A stretch of 64,000 nt of DNA, from the NCBI RefSeq assembly GCF_024521635.1, contig NW_026250405.1, positions 1,364,001 to 1,428,000 on the forward strand. The letters are read 5' to 3'. Shown in pieces: positions 10,812 to 24,528 of the stretch. Source of the stretch: Tricharina praecox. Lineage: Eukaryota. The position numbers were made by a program, and so were the translations under genes. Each line of letters starts with the position of its first letter. Within the stretch, counting starts at the first letter, position 1. The notes beneath the pieces were generated by a model, which searched no databases, was not told the origin of the DNA, and saw only the letters and a program-made list of their open reading frames with translations.

Positions 10812-13773
10812 ATGGCTAGAGGCAAGCAAGACGTACGGGCTGCCCAGCTCAGTCTTGAGTTATACGACGAGGATGACATGTTTGTAAGTGTCCTGAAAAG
10901 CTCCCCGCTGCGATGTGCACCTAACCCTGCCGCGGTGTTCATTCCTTCCCGCTTTGTTGATGTACTGACTTGGTGTGGATGAAGGATGATCTTGGAAATC
11001 ACCGTCATGAGTCGTTGCCGCTATCTGGAAAGTTGGTGAAAGTTCCTGTGAATATTGCGCCTGATTCACGAAGGCAAGACAGCAAGACTCTGAGGGAGAT
11101 CAAGGAGAACGAGGGCATCGTTTCGGCTTGGGGCGGTACGTCTCCGCCTACTTTCGCATTAACTGTTTTGTGTCTTCGCTTTGGATTGTGAATGTTGTTT
11201 ATGCTGACTCCTGGCCATAAAAAAACACAGAGCTTTACGATCCAAGCCTCGACGAGAACCGCAAGGATGGCCTCGGAACCGGTCACATGCATCGTTTCGG
11301 CACCAATTTCAAGCCGAGTGGCGGTTTTGCGGCCAATAATGGGAATGGACGCCCACGTCGAGCCCGCTCACTCTCCGCAACGAGGCGCGATGGCGGTGTT
11401 ACCGACACCGACACCGACACCGGCACCGGTAGACGTGGTCGTGGTCGTGGTCGTGGCAATGGGAATCCTGGACCACCACCTCTCGGTATCCGAATGGGGA
11501 CTCGACCGACTGTGCGGCCAGCTCCTGCCATGTTTAATCTGAACCACAAGACTAGCAATGATCCCTCTATGCGGCACGTTCGTCCCCAGGTTACTGTCCG
11601 TGCGAAGGATGACATGGTTGCGCTTAGTGCTCTCAGAGATCCTGCCGCCAACGGTACTGAGGATGCTCAAGTTAAACAGTAATTTGGCCCCCCTTTGTGC
11701 TCTACAGTTGAGTGAGAATTTTGCTAATGCCTTGAAGTTGGTGGGCTGGTCGGTTGTGTGTGAACAAAGACAACAACGACTTTTTTCAGCAGGTCGTTAG
11801 TGTCAAACCGGAGGGTGGTCTTGTGGCTTCCGCGGATACGCCTGTAACTATGGTACATCCTAACCCTGTGGCGCCTGCTCCTGGATTTCTCAAACCAGCC
11901 GGCGGCTCCGAGGCTTCCAGGCATGCGCCAGTTTTCAAACCAGCTGGCGGTCCCGAGGCTTCCAGGCATGCACCAGCTCTCAAACCAGCTGGCGGTCCCG
12001 AGGCTTCCAGGCATGCACCAGCTCTAAAACCAGCTGGCGGTCCCGAGGCTTCCAGGCATGCACCAGCTCTCAAACCAGCTGGCGGTCCCGAGGCTTCCAG
12101 GCATGCACCAGCCCTCAAACCAGCCGGTGGTTTTGAGGCTTCCAGGCATGCACCAGTTTTCAAACCAGCCGGCGGTCCCGAGGCTTCCAGGCATGCACCA
12201 GCCCTCAAACAAGCTGGTGGTCTTGAGGCTTCCAGGCACGTACCAGTTCTTAAACCAGCTGCTGGTCTCGAGGCTTCCATACATGCACCACTTCTCAAAC
12301 CATCCGCTGGTCTCGAGGCTTCCAGACATGCCCCTGTAGCTCTCCCGGATATAATAAAACCCGAACCTGTGGTTCTCGCTTCTGGAGTCTCGAAGCGAGC
12401 CATTGATAGTGGCCTTCCGAAGGGTATACCTACTGGTCCGAAGGCCATGCAGCCTGTTGTTCACGAGGTTCCGAAGAGCATACCTACTGGTCCGAAGGCC
12501 ATTCAACCTGTCGTCCCCGAGGTTCCGAAATTGACGCCTCCCTCTCCTTTCTCAGCTGTTACGCCCGCAGTCGAAGAAGGAGATCCAGAGACGATCGAAG
12601 AGCATCGGGCGAGGATCGAATCGCTCGAGGAGGAGGTCGGCAGTGCTGCCCTGTTACTTAGAATCTACCAGGATGAGCTCGACAACGTCCGCAAGGATGA
12701 GAAACGACTGACTTCCAAACTTCAGGACATCCAGAAGTCCAAGTCCGAGAGGCAGAAACGCCTTAAAAAGCAGCAGGAGGTCATAGACCAGAAGAAATCA
12801 CAACTCTTATTCTTTAGAGATTGCTTGGAACAGCTTGTTGCGGAGATGGTAGGTCCTTCCACATGTTACATGGCGAGGTTTAACTGACGCATGAAAGGAA
12901 CGCCAGTACAAAGAAAAGCTAGAGAGGGAGCGCAAGCAGAAGGCTGAGGCTGAAGCTGCCCTGGCGAAAGCTAGGCAAGAAAAGGAGCAACAAGAGAAGT
13001 TGCGCCTGACCAAGCTTAAAGCCGAGGCTGCTCTTGAAAAGGCCAAGCAAGAGAAGACCGCCCTGGAGATCGCAAAGAAGAGAGAATATCAGGAACGTCT
13101 GGAACGTCTGGAAAAGGACCGCTTTGAGAGGGAGCGCCTCGAAAAGGAGCTCCTCGAAAAGGAACACCTCGAGACGCAACGACTTCACAGGGTCCTCTTT
13201 GAGATGGAACGAGTTGACAAGAATCGCCTCGAGAGCGAACAGCTTGACAAGAATCGCCTCGAGAGCGGACGACCCGACAAGAAACGTCTCGAGAACGAAC
13301 GACTCGACAAGAAACGCCTCGAGAGCGAACGACTTGAGAAGGAACGTCTCTCCCGGCAAGCCAATGAAGGGGCCGTCAACAAAGCTTCTAACGTTTGCGC
13401 CCAGCACGATGCCAAACGTGACAGTGCGAAGTTCGCTGAGCTCAACGTTCTTCCTGACGCGAGAGCTTTGGAGCTTATGTGTTCCTCTCCATTCAAGATC
13501 AAGATATTCATGCGTCCAATCTTGAAGTAAGTTTCTCATCCCTTCCCACAATGAACGGGCATAGCTAATACCCCCAACAGTAAGGACCCTCTGACCGTCG
13601 ATGTGAACCCCATCGACCAACCGAACCAGAAGATACGTCGTGCATTGATGATGGTTCTTTCTCAGGATGAATTTAAGTACTTCACTCATCTCGAGGCGTT
13701 TAACAAGTACATCGACACGCTCTCTCACACATTCTACAAGCGCATGGCTCTGGTTATAGGTAATAACCGTTAA
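10812..13773 (+). CDS. Multi-exon orphan protein: RG-rich segment, 10x 15-aa repeats, IPTGPK repeats, long charged coiled coil
   Basis: ATG 10812 (MARGKQDVRAAQLSLEL); canonical donors near 10884 (GTAAGT), 11136 (GTACGT), 12849 (GTAGGT) and 13527 (GTAAGT) link ORF-track pieces 11287-11682, 11754-12887 and 13000-13530; last exon ends ...KRMALVIGNNR* at 13773. Exact junction near 11680-11790 uncertain. Confidence 0.65.
11892..12341 (+). repeat. Coding minisatellite, 10 x 45 bp (KPAGGPEASRHAPAL)
   Basis: Units start every 45 nt with AAACCAGC...GAGGCTTCCAGGCATGCACCA. Confidence 0.95.
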
Positions 13774-15057
13774 GTTTGTTTGATTGAAAATTTGCTTTTT
13801 ACATGATTGCATGATGAGGGAGTCTTTTAATACTTGCTTACGTCTTTTTCTCACTCCCCATTTTCCTTTCATTACTTGTCCGTTCATTTCTTTTGAGTTG
13901 AGATATGGCGATAGATGAATGGAATTGAATAGATGGAGTGTTGCGTCTGTTGCGTGGTTGATTCTGTGTAGTTACAGTGAATTCAAACTGTGAAGTGACT
14001 AAACGAGGTATCTCGTCCCGTCCCGACTATGAGTTGCACCGCAGCATGGCAGCGGTACAACATCCGGGTCTACACTACTGTGCACAAGTATGATATAAAT
14101 AGTTATCGAGGTGCATTATGAGGGAGTAGAAGGGGTGGGGAACGCAGAAAGAATCTGCAGCCCATGTAGATATCACATGTATTCGCCTTGGACGATGGCG
14201 AGAGGAGATAACTGCTAGCTGTGATAGGTATCTCCAAAAGACATCGAGTCCCCCCTCCTCTTCAGAATAAAGCGTCAAAGAATCGTAGATATCGGAATAC
14301 TTTTTTTCGCCCCAACCCTGCACATAATTAACTACCCCCACTTTTCGCATCCCGCCAACCCCCAACCGAACCCAGCGCCCCACTGCCCCAGACCGCCATC
14401 GCCGCTGCCGCTGCTGCGGGAGCTAAAGCTAACGTCGCCTCCAAGTTCCAACCCCACATCTATATCCACATGCGCACGCACACCACACACGCACACCACA
14501 CACGCACACCACACACGCACACATCACCACCCACTACAAAACACTCTAGTTTTCTCGCTTCACCAGTACCGCACCGCGACCATAGCACGGAAGCGCAAAA
14601 GGGAAGGTGGGGAAGTATTTAGAATCGAAGGAGAGAAAAAAGATATAGTAGAGTACATAGGTAACTGTATCATAGATTTTTTCCTGTCGTAACGAAGCTA
14701 GAACATTCAGATTCAGAGCGGAGGACCGGAGCCGCCAAAAAAAACCAAAAGAAAAGAAAATAGAATAATGCCAAAATGCAAAATTGAAAGGATAATAAAG
14801 AAAAAAAAAACCAAAAACGTCATAACAAAAGAAAAAGCCAAAAAAGCCAAAAAAGGTAGCGTCAATGATCATAGAGTAGGAAGGTAGAAATCGAACGAAG
14901 AAGGAGAAGAAGCATTGAAAACAAGAATCCCAACTTTACACCCGGAGAAAAACACGCACAAGTACTTTGCCATTCAAACAAACCAAACCACACCCGACCC
15001 AGACCCGACCCAGACAGACCCAGACAAACCCTTCAGGGTATCATCCCGCGCGGCGCC

Positions 15058-15956
15058 CTACAACCTAGTCCCCCTAACGGCATCGCGCCTTCTACGGAAC
15101 TCCATAAGCGCCTCCTCAATGCTTCCAGCGCCCATGCCAAATCCGAAGCCGAGCAGCTCGCCGTCCTCGTCGTCCCACAGATCACACGCCGTCGCAAAGC
15201 CGATATCGTCTGGCAGCAGCGCGGCCCACGACGAAGTACTTGGCGGATCCGGGCTACAGGGGGGAGCGGGGGGCACGCTCGTCAGCCGGAGAAGTACCTG
15301 TCGTTGTGCACGAGGGTGGAGGAATACCTAATGGACCTCTCGCGGTCGCCCAGGCCATCCATATACCTCAGGATGGGTCTCGTAGCTGTAGCTGTAGCGG
15401 CGAGGGCCTGGGCCTGGGCCTGCGACGGGGGGGCGGGCGGGCGAGGCCTAGCATTTTCGTCGCCGGTGCCCTCGGACTCCTCGTCGTCATCGTCATTCTC
15501 CGCCGTAGTTTCCGCGGCGACCTCAGCCTCCGCTTCGGCGGCGGCGGCGGCAGCTTCGGCACGACGCTGAACCCGGCGCAAGGTGGCGGATACGTTCGCG
15601 GCGCGCGCGCGCATCATCTGCCGCCGCTCGGGAGGGATCGGCAGCGGGAGCACGATCGGGTGCGGCGCGCGCCGCGCCTCGTCCACAGCTGCTAGGTACT
15701 CCTCTTCGATGTCGGGGCGCGGCCCTCCCCCTCCCCCGCGCCGCGCCGTCGGCGGCAGCGTATTGAGTTCGCGCCACAGCTGCGATGACGACGCTGAGCT
15801 GCTGGATTGTCGGAAGAACTCGAAGAAGGCTTGAGAGTTGCGGTCGCGTGCGGACGGGCGCCGGTGCCGCCGGTGAACGGCGAGCCGGTGCGCGGCGGCG
15901 GGAGAGAGGATCGGCTCGTTGGGAGGGGAGGGAGGCCGCCAGATCGGGATGCCCAT
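15058..15956 (-). CDS. Conserved-type fungal hypothetical protein, 2 exons (15956-15328, 15253-15058)
   Basis: MGIPIWRPPSP N-terminus; intron 15254-15327 (GTATTC..TAG, CTGAC branch) yields DGLGDRERSISPD, a motif I recall from uncharacterised ascomycete proteins. Confidence 0.7.
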
Positions 15957-16777
15957 TGTGTTGTGGTTGTGTTGTAGCTAGCTGTGTGTGGTGGTCGTGG
16001 TGGTGGGTCGCGTAGAAGACAGCGCGATTGGGGCGTGTGTGCGGGAGAAATTACGAAAATAGGCGGTGCGGCGTCGGTCGGAGGTCGCGGGGGATGTGGT
16101 ATGGTGTGTAGGTGTGTAGGAAAGGATAGGATGGAATAGGATAGGATAGGATAGGATGGGTTGGGTTGGGTTGGGCTGGGTCAGGTTGGGTTGGGTTTGG
16201 GTTTGGGTGTGGAGAAAAGGAAGCCCTCTCTGCACTCAAGGGGGAAGGGGCCACAATCGGTCGGTTGATTCCCACCCTTCGGTCGCCCTTCCTACCCTTC
16301 GTTTCCTTCTGGTGTGTGCGCCTGCCAAGCCTCGACCTGAGCTCGCATGACAGGATTGCCGCAGCCTTACTCTGAGTCTCTAAGTGTGGAACACGCATTT
16401 GGAAATCTCCAGGATGCTCACGTTCGTATCGCACAAAAAGGCGTTTGCCTCGATGATTTGCATAGATAAGCGCAGGCGAATCCGAGGGGGGGAGGGGGGG
16501 GGGGGAGGGGGGGAGACAAAGTTTGAGTGAAAAAGTGTGATCTGCCCAAGCTTTTCCACCGCCAGAGATCCGTGGCGACTTGATCCGACGATGTGAGATC
16601 TGACGCCGATCGGCATCGTCACCATTCGGGGATTTGTGCGCTAGTTCCCCCACGAGTGCTGTTTCATGACCACCGCCCAGCCCAAATTTCGCCTCACGCG
16701 TTTCGCCATGCCCGCCAGGGCCTCCCACCAACCAACCATCCCACCCTGCCACCCCACCCCACCACGTCAACTTCACA

Positions 16778-17101
16778 ATGGACCTCCCCTTCCTCTCCTC
16801 CAGCTCCGACTCCGACTCCGACTCCGACCCCAAGACCTCCCCGCGCACCTCGAAGCTTCAGCAATCAGAGTCGCAGTTCCAAGCGCAAAAGCTTCAATGG
16901 CGGCCCGTGATCTACCCCGTGGCCGTGCCCGCGAACCCAAAAGCCGACGCGGAGAGGAAATACTACGAGCGGGATTACGAGGGCGCCCTGGAGTGTGCGA
17001 GAAACGCTCTGGCAGTGCTGGTAGAGGGCAAGGAGACGGTCGTGGATAGGAAGGAGCTGGGGGCGCTGGTTGAGGCGTGTCGGAGGAAGTTGGCGAAATA
17101 A
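16778..17101 (+). CDS. Small hypothetical helical protein (107 aa)
   Basis: ATG in ACAATGG context, coding-like codon use, TPR-like C-terminal helices (ERKYYERDYEGALECARNAL). Confidence 0.7.
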   Translation: MDLPFLSSSSDSDSDSDPKTSPRTSKLQQSESQFQAQKLQWRPVIYPVAVPANPKADAERKYYERDYEGALECARNALAVLVEGKETVVDRKELGALVEACRRKLAK

Positions 17102-17332
17102 TGGGATGGGACGATGGGTAAATGGGTGCAGAGATGGCGTTAAGCAGGATGGTGGGATAACTTATGGTCATGGATCTACCTGGGTCACGGCATGGTGTAG
17201 AGGGGATACAAATGGATTCGAGATTCTACATACGTACAGTCGAATTGGTATACACAGAGGATGAAGAAAGGTGATGTAGGTATATATACACGAAGACACA
17301 AGCAATGAAGCAGAAAACGAAACACAGGATAT

Positions 17333-19943
17333 CTACAGCTCAGGCTTCTCCACTACCCCTTCCTCGCCCTTCCCCCCACGCCAATCATCAGTCTCCTTCT
17401 CCCCCTTCTCCACTACGCCTTCCTTCCCCTCCTCTCCAAACCAATCATCAGTCTCCTCCTCACCATGCACCTCCGCCTGCCCACCCTCCTCACCCTCCAG
17501 ATCCGGCGGCAATTCACCACTAAGCCCCTTCTCAAAAGCGTCCCTATCAGTAATCCCACTAACCGCCTGAAGCGTGACCTCATCGGGCTGGACACTAGCG
17601 TCGAGCATCCTTCTGAAGGCGTCACCCGCCTGCCAATTCTCACCGTTCTTGACGTAGCCGGCAAGCAGCGAAGTCCAGGTAAAGACATTCGTCTCCACGC
17701 CGACCTCGACCATGCGATCGAGCACTTCCTCAGCCTGCTCGGCAAGGTTGGAGCGGACATAGCCGTTGAGGAGCGTGGTGAAGGTCACCGCGTTGGGATT
17801 CAGTCCGCGACTGCGCATGATCCCCACGACCGTCTCGGCCTCTTCCATCTTCCCGGCGCGCGTCAGGAAGTTGAGGAAGATGGACCACGAGTAGACGTCG
17901 GATTCGACTGCGGCGTGGGGCTTGAGCATGTCCTCGAGGACGGCGGCGACGTAGGGCAGGCCCTGGATGCGTTTGCCCAGGCCCAGCATGATGGTGTGCG
18001 GGATGTGGGACCCGGCTTGCAGCAGGAGTTTGCGGAGTTTGCGGTTGGGCGCGGTGCGGTCGTAGAGTTTGGTTTGGTACAGCTTGTAGAGATCCCAGAT
18101 CTTGGCGATGTTGCGTTCCGTCTTGCAGTACGAGGAGAGCATCACTACCAGGGTGACGTGGTCGGGATCGAGCTTCTTCGGGCCGGTGGTCCCGCCGGGA
18201 ACATCTCGTGACGGCGCGATGTGGAAGGTTTCCAGAAGCTTGGTGGTGAAGAACGATCGGTAGCGCCGGTAGACCTCGTCGTATGGTTTCTCCTGCAGGA
18301 CCGCTGCGTGGAGGATGTCTGTGGCAAGGAAGAGGTTGAGACTGGTGTCGAGGGCGAGTGCGTCTGAGATAACAGCCTCGCGCTCGCGGTCGTTGCGTTG
18401 GTGCTTGTGGAAGCTGTGGGAGATGGCGTAAGAGACCATGGACGGTCGGAAGCCATACTCGGTGATCGCATCGAAGTACTTCCGCAATGCCACTTCGTCG
18501 GCTTCTTGTGCAGCCCGAGCCATGAGCATGTTGTAGACCTCTACTCCCGGCTCCAGCCCACACTCTTTCAGGAACTTCATGATCTCGTCCGTAGTGGCTG
18601 GATCGTTGGCACGCATCGCCTGGTATAAAACGCCATAGATTGCGTGCCTCGCCTGGAAAGATGAAAGATAGCCATTCCTGTACTGGATGCTCTTCAGAAT
18701 CGTAAACGCATCCATCCACAATGAGATACCCGTCTCTTCATCCGGCCGTGCTAGGCGCCCGACAAAGTGGAAACCGGTAAACTCCCTGACCTTAATCTTG
18801 CCTTCCAACAGTTTCATGTAGAAGTTTGCTATCATCGAAACCGGCGCCATTTGCACCACCGTATGGATCACAATCTGAGGTATCCGAAGTGGCTTAATGT
18901 TGGCTCGGACATCCAGAATCCGCATCAGGAGCTCCGCACAGCTTGCCGCAGCCTTCTCCATCTCCTTTCGATGTTGTTTATTGCGATCGCAGTCCACATG
19001 CGGCACCAGTCGTTCACTAACCAGCATATGGTATGCCTGCCCAACATCGACCGGATCGGGAATCAAAGTTTTGCCCATTGCCTCCAGCACGTTGCTGGAG
19101 AGTCGAAAGAGCCGTCGGTAATGTATCAAGTAGGACATGACCATGACGAAGTGGGGAATCGCATCCACCGTCTTGGTCGCCGTCTTGTACTGCTGTGTGA
19201 TAGCCTCCACGCTGCGTCCACCAGCGAGCAACTGCCGCACCGCACGCCTCTGCTCCCTCATCTTGTCTTCGTGGTAGCGCATCATCTCGATCTCGTCGGA
19301 GATGCTTCGTATCTGCCGTTCCACCGCCCGCAGCGCCTCCGGAACCACCGCATAGAGGTATTTCGGAATCCGTCGGTTCCGCTGTGTCAACGCGGCCAGT
19401 GCCATATCCTCCTCCTCGTGCCTAGTCTTAACCCCCCGCATGTGGTCATGGGCCTGCCTCACCTCGTCGTCCGTGAAGTCGGTCCTCCTGACATAGCCCT
19501 CGTCCGCTACCGTCGCCTTCTTGGGTTCGTCGTCGGGGAAGTCTCGGAGACGGGAAACGTCGGACTCGAGACGGGAACGTAGTCCTTCCACCAGCTTCCG
19601 CCCACTCCGATTGAGCTCCTGCTTGTTCCATCTCGGTCCTGGAGCTGCAGGCAGGTACCTTGAAATCAGCACAATTCCCCGCACACCCTCGCTTGAGCTC
19701 TGGAGCCATACGCAATTTCTCCTCCCCGCCCTTCCTCGCAGCGCCCGCCCCCACCACCGTCGCCGGTTTGCCAGAGAACGCTCGTGTCGCTACCGCCGCG
19801 GCCGCTGCCGTTGCATTGCAATAGACTGCCGGAGCCAGGAACGTGAGCACGAGAGGGCGCACATGCTGTCTGCACAACGCCAAGGTAGCCGCCGCATTGG
19901 GATTTGTGCTGGTGCTGGTGGTGGAGCGGATGAACGATTTCAT
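17333..19943 (-). CDS. Mitochondrial pentatricopeptide-repeat (PPR) protein, 2 exons
   Basis: PPR motifs (VYSWSIFLNFLTRAGKMEEAETVVGIMRSRGLNPN, AVTFTTLLNGYVRSN, VFTWTSLLAGYVKNG); R/S/T-rich presequence from ATG 19943; intron 19645-19711 (GTATGG..CAG) joins the two ORFs in frame. Confidence 0.9.
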
Positions 19944-20271
19944 CCGAGAGAAGAAGAATGTATGCCGCTCCGAATTGCTCTGTGCTGCTGCCGCTCCTGC
20001 TGCGTCGTCATCCAAGGGTTGAAGAAAGGGCCGTATATAATTTTACGGGGCCCAGTTAAAACAAAAAAAAAAAAAAGAAAAAAAGAGGAACCACCAAAAA
20101 GCTCCGAGAGTCCCGGCCGAAGGATTACCCGGCACGAACGCACGTGATCTCGTAAGCTCAACATCAGCATCGCGGTCTGCAAGGGAAGAACATCAACACC
20201 ATCACCGAAACCAACAGCTCCATATTTTTCGCAGCCGAACAACCCCCCTCCGTCCCACGAATACAGCCACC

Positions 20272-20862
20272 ATGTCCACCGCCTCGCTCGATGCCGCCGC
20301 CGCCGCGCGAAAAGAGCGTCTCTCGCAGCTCAAATCGCTAAAACGCAAAGCGCCCACATCCTCCTCCTCCAGCGACGAGTCGGCTTCCGCACCCACAGCA
20401 TTGGGAGCGCCCACACAACAACAATCGACCGATAAAGACGTGTCGCACCTGCTGTCGGGGCGGAACTATGACATCGTCGAGCGCGCGCCAAAGATGGGGT
20501 TCTCGTCGCTTCCGACCGAGAACCAGGAGACGCTCGAGGACGCGGCGGCAAAGATCGCTGAGGAGACGCGGCAACACCGTGTTGAGGCTGAGAAGGAGGA
20601 TAAGCCTATTGATCTGTTCAATCTGCAACCCAAGAAGCCGAATTGGGATCTGAAGCGCGATGTTGACAAGAAGCTGGAACGGCTGGATCAGCGCACCGAT
20701 ATGGCCATTGCGAAGTTGATCCGTGCAAGAATCATAGAGGAGAAGGCGAAGGATAAGGGCGGTATGGAGGAGGATGACGTGGTAGAGGGGAATCTGGCGA
20801 AGATGGTGGAGGAGAGGGAGAAAGAGGGGGATGAGCTGGACGGCGAAGTCGAGGAGGAATAG
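20272..20862 (+). CDS. cwf18: Pre-mRNA splicing factor Cwf18 (CCDC12 family)
   Basis: AAAARKERLSQLKSLKRK, RNYD and IDLFNLQPKKPNWDLKRDVDKKLERLDQRTDMAIAKLIRARI signatures. Confidence 0.93.
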   Translation: MSTASLDAAAAARKERLSQLKSLKRKAPTSSSSSDESASAPTALGAPTQQQSTDKDVSHLLSGRNYDIVERAPKMGFSSLPTENQETLEDAAAKIAEETRQHRVEAEKEDKPIDLFNLQPKKPNWDLKRDVDKKLERLDQRTDMAIAKLIRARIIEEKAKDKGGMEEDDVVEGNLAKMVEEREKEGDELDGEVEEE

Positions 20863-21286
20863 GCGGTCGACTGAAGGACTGGGCTGGGTTGGTCTGGATT
20901 GGCGTTTCTTTGTGCTTCTTTGTACACATACGGATTCGGTCTTTTGTTTGTTCATGAGGGGATTTGTTGTGCATGGTTTTAGCGATTCATGGGTCGTTTT
21001 CTGCCGGGGCAGGTGGACATTTGGAGGTGGGTAAATGCAGACTGCTGCTGTATGTACATTATTTACGGACAACACAGACAAAAGAGGCTTTACTACACTT
21101 TTCGCGAAAACGGCCCGCAACAAATGAAAACGCAAGCAAACTTACAGAAGTAGTGATACAACAAACTCCATTCTCCGATTTAGAGCAGAAGAGCAATTTA
21201 TATAGTGGCGAGGCTTCTGAGACGCAACCCCACGCATTCAAAGGAAAAAGACTACAGAACCCACCAAAGCCACAGCTGACTAAGGC

Positions 21287-22260
21287 CTATACCCCTCTCT
21301 GCATTGCTTCCGTCATCAGTCGGCGGCGGGTGAACGGACTGGGACTCCTTCCCCGTGGTGCTTGTTGTACTGGTGCTGGCGGTAGTGGTCGCGGGCTGGG
21401 ATCTCGCCGGGTCGCCCCTCCGTTTGCGCTCCCATCCTTCTTTGTCGGCGTAGCCTTGACTCTCCGGGGCCTAGACGCACTCCTGGTCCTCCGTACGCTA
21501 TCCGTAGGACTCAATCGGCGACCCCTCATTCCCGGGCTGGGTGAGTCACGGAACTTCCGGCGCACAGAGCGTTCATGGTCTGGGCTGCGGGAGTAGCTGT
21601 CGGACCTGCGTCGGTCTTCGCGTCCATTGTTGCCGGCTCGGGAGCGGGCAGGTGGCGACGGCGATCGGCCCGAAGATATACTCGAGTACGACGAGTACGA
21701 GCTCACAGACGAGGAGCGATCGCGGGGGCGAGTGCCTGGTGGTGGTGAAGCCGAGCTATGGCGGTGTTAGCGACGTCATCTCACGCGACATATGAGACGG
21801 CAGCTGTATTCACCCGTCTCTTCTCCGCTTGCGACTGCGGCCTTCCCGTTCCCGCTCCTCCTCCTTCTGCTTCAGTATGCTGTCGGCGACACCCTTCTTG
21901 GTGGTCAGCGAGACTTCGTTGGGCGGCGCGGCCTCGGTCAATTTCGTCTGCAGCTTTGGATTGAAGAGTTGCTGGGTCCGTGACGGTCGTGAAATGTAAG
22001 GCCGCTCCTGCGCGACAGATTTGCATTCGTAACTATAGTGGCCTGAGTAATTTTCACACCGCCGATTAGTCGAGTTTCAATATGCGGGCGATCGCGGTTG
22101 CAGAGGAAAAAGTGGACTGCGCATAAGGCTGCAGATGGATGGGCCTATGTACGCTCGCTGGACGCGAAACGAGAGAGGACTTACCAAGCTTCAGGCATTT
22201 CTGGCAACGGGTGGTCGGTGTGGCCTTGGACGCTGACGAATAGGGGCGGTAGCGATGCAT
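21287..22260 (-). CDS. CCHC zinc-knuckle, SR-rich protein (ZCCHC10-like), spliced
   Basis: RCQKCLKL|GHYSYEC knuckle across an intron, followed by ERPYISRPSRTQQLFNPKL and an Arg/Ser-rich tail. Confidence 0.85.
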
Positions 22261-24528
22261 GCGGCGTATTGGAGACGCCACTAATTGTGACGGTTGGGAA
22301 CGTGTGGTGGTGGTGAAGATGCGAGTATCTACAAGTACCGATACTTGGTAGATGACGGTTGGAGTGTTCTAGGGGGGGTTGACTGCAGGCGAGGGACGAG
22401 TTGGTACTGTTGCGGTTATTACGTTCTGAGGACGGGTTGATGCGTGTTGGAGGGAGGGAGAGGGTTGTTCGGAGGGCCTTGGCTGTGGTGTTGTTGCAGC
22501 AAAGACGAAGAAGTCAGAAGAAAATGACTTTCAGAAAGCGCATTCAAGCTGCTCGTGTTGAGTACGAGGACGACAGAGGAGCAACAAAGAAAGAAATCGA
22601 TTTAATTCACTTGGCACCGATTCTGCACAGGAAGAATTGAACTGAGTTGTCTCATTTTATTCGAAAGGATCGCCACACCGCTCGCGAATCATATTACAGT
22701 GTTTTCCGCTGGCTGACTTGCAAATCCCCTACGATAGAACCTGCCGCGCTGGAGTACTTCGTGTCTGTTTGCTGTCAGCCAACCCGCCCGGAAAGTAGAC
22801 TCCATTCCCTAGCGCATAAACATCAATCCAGCAGGAGCAACAGCAGAGCCTCCCTACGACGCATACCAGAAACCGGTGGCACTGGCGCAGCGAGATTTTC
22901 TCGATCTCAACGTCCGAGTACCAGCGGGAAGAATCGGCCAAGGCTGGAGGACTCGATGTGCATCTGTGATTATTGCAGTCGAGGAATGACACCCGAATCA
23001 TTGTCTATCACTCGGAGCGTCACATGATCTGCGCATGACTGATTGTCCCGCTGCTGCTGCAACAGTATCGATGCCCCTTCGTGCACCATCCACTGTCAGC
23101 CCTAACACAGCGGCGCGCAGAAATAGGTCATTCGTGTGAACTAACGGCGGTGAGAGTCGAGACCATGGCAGCTCCAGATCAGCTGCAAACGACAATGAAT
23201 CCGAAGTTCGAATTCTTCGAACTAGAGTAGTGGCGGCCGTCAGCCAGTCGGTCTTTAAGGAGACACAGCATGCACAACGAACCAGGCAAGGAGTACAACC
23301 ATGAATCGGCTGAGCACATCCGGAGCCCTGAGCCTCATGGCTATGGTCTCGTCGAGAATCGATCACTGTCATGTCTGTATATTTTGTACGTTGTGCGAGT
23401 CGTCCGTAAATCATATTCTGAGGCGGAAGTGGTACATAGCCGAAGCTCGAGATAGTTCACTGCCATCAAACAAGCATGGACCCGGGGGACGTTGACCTTT
23501 GATCGCAGATTTAATCGGTTCTGCGGTTTTGATATTGATGTCGAGATTCAGAGCTTGGCACATTCGCACGATTGCCGATCAGGGCGAAACGCATAAAAAA
23601 AACCCCGGAAAATAAAAACGGAAATTCCCTTCCCCATAGCTGCCAGGATATCATCAGGCAACAGACTTTCAGTCCTGCGAATCTTACATCCCCCAGAAGT
23701 CTCTCTACTCTTTTCATCTCTTCAAGCACATCGAATCAAACAATCGACAAACCTCCCTACTTCTTACTGCTTTTTCCTTGCTTGAAAGAGTATTTAACTG
23801 CTCTGCCAGCTCTTGGATCTTCACCCCGGCTTCCCGCACAAGAACTACCGACGACTGCTAGTTACCCGGCTGACAGCGTTTTCTTCCCGAAACAGTAGTA
23901 TCTTTCCCTCACAAGGCTGCTTCGGTGCGTCGCCAGCTCCTACACACCCACGCCTTTGACGCCTCCGCGCAGAATCTCCTGAGGAACCCAACAGCCACTC
24001 AGACAGCCCTACACCTCCTCCGGATCCTTTCTCCTTCCTTCCGCCACCACCTCCACTCCACCCAAGTGCGCCAACTCAAGTCGAGCCTTGCCCCCCTCCG
24101 TCCGCCCGCCTGCCTAGCTGGCCTTTCAACTACTCACGTCCACCTGCTCCCCCGTCGTGCGCAGATGTTAGTGGTTATTGTTTAGGACTATGTCTCGAGA
24201 GCCTCACACTCTCCAATCGCTTCCTTTCAATCGTTCTTCGTTCTCGTTCATCCTGATTTCTGGGACCGGCGTCTGATTCCACATACTGCTTCCTTTCTTC
24301 TACCCATTGCAATCTGCGCCTTCATTACCACCCGCACAACGTCCCGACGGTCTTCAGGTATGCTCGGTTTTCCCTCGCCGCTTCCACATATCCGATCGGC
24401 CCCCCCACTGACCCGCCACCACCGTCCTCGAATAGCCTGTGGATACAAGAGAGCCTCTACTTCCATCCAGCATATCTACACACCCTCGACCTGCTCTGTC
24501 GCCAGAAGCAACCCCACTACGCAATAAT

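Noticed and set aside
11892..12341. 45-bp repeat array as a CRISPR-like array
   Set aside because: Contiguous tandem units without unique spacers, in frame within a eukaryotic CDS
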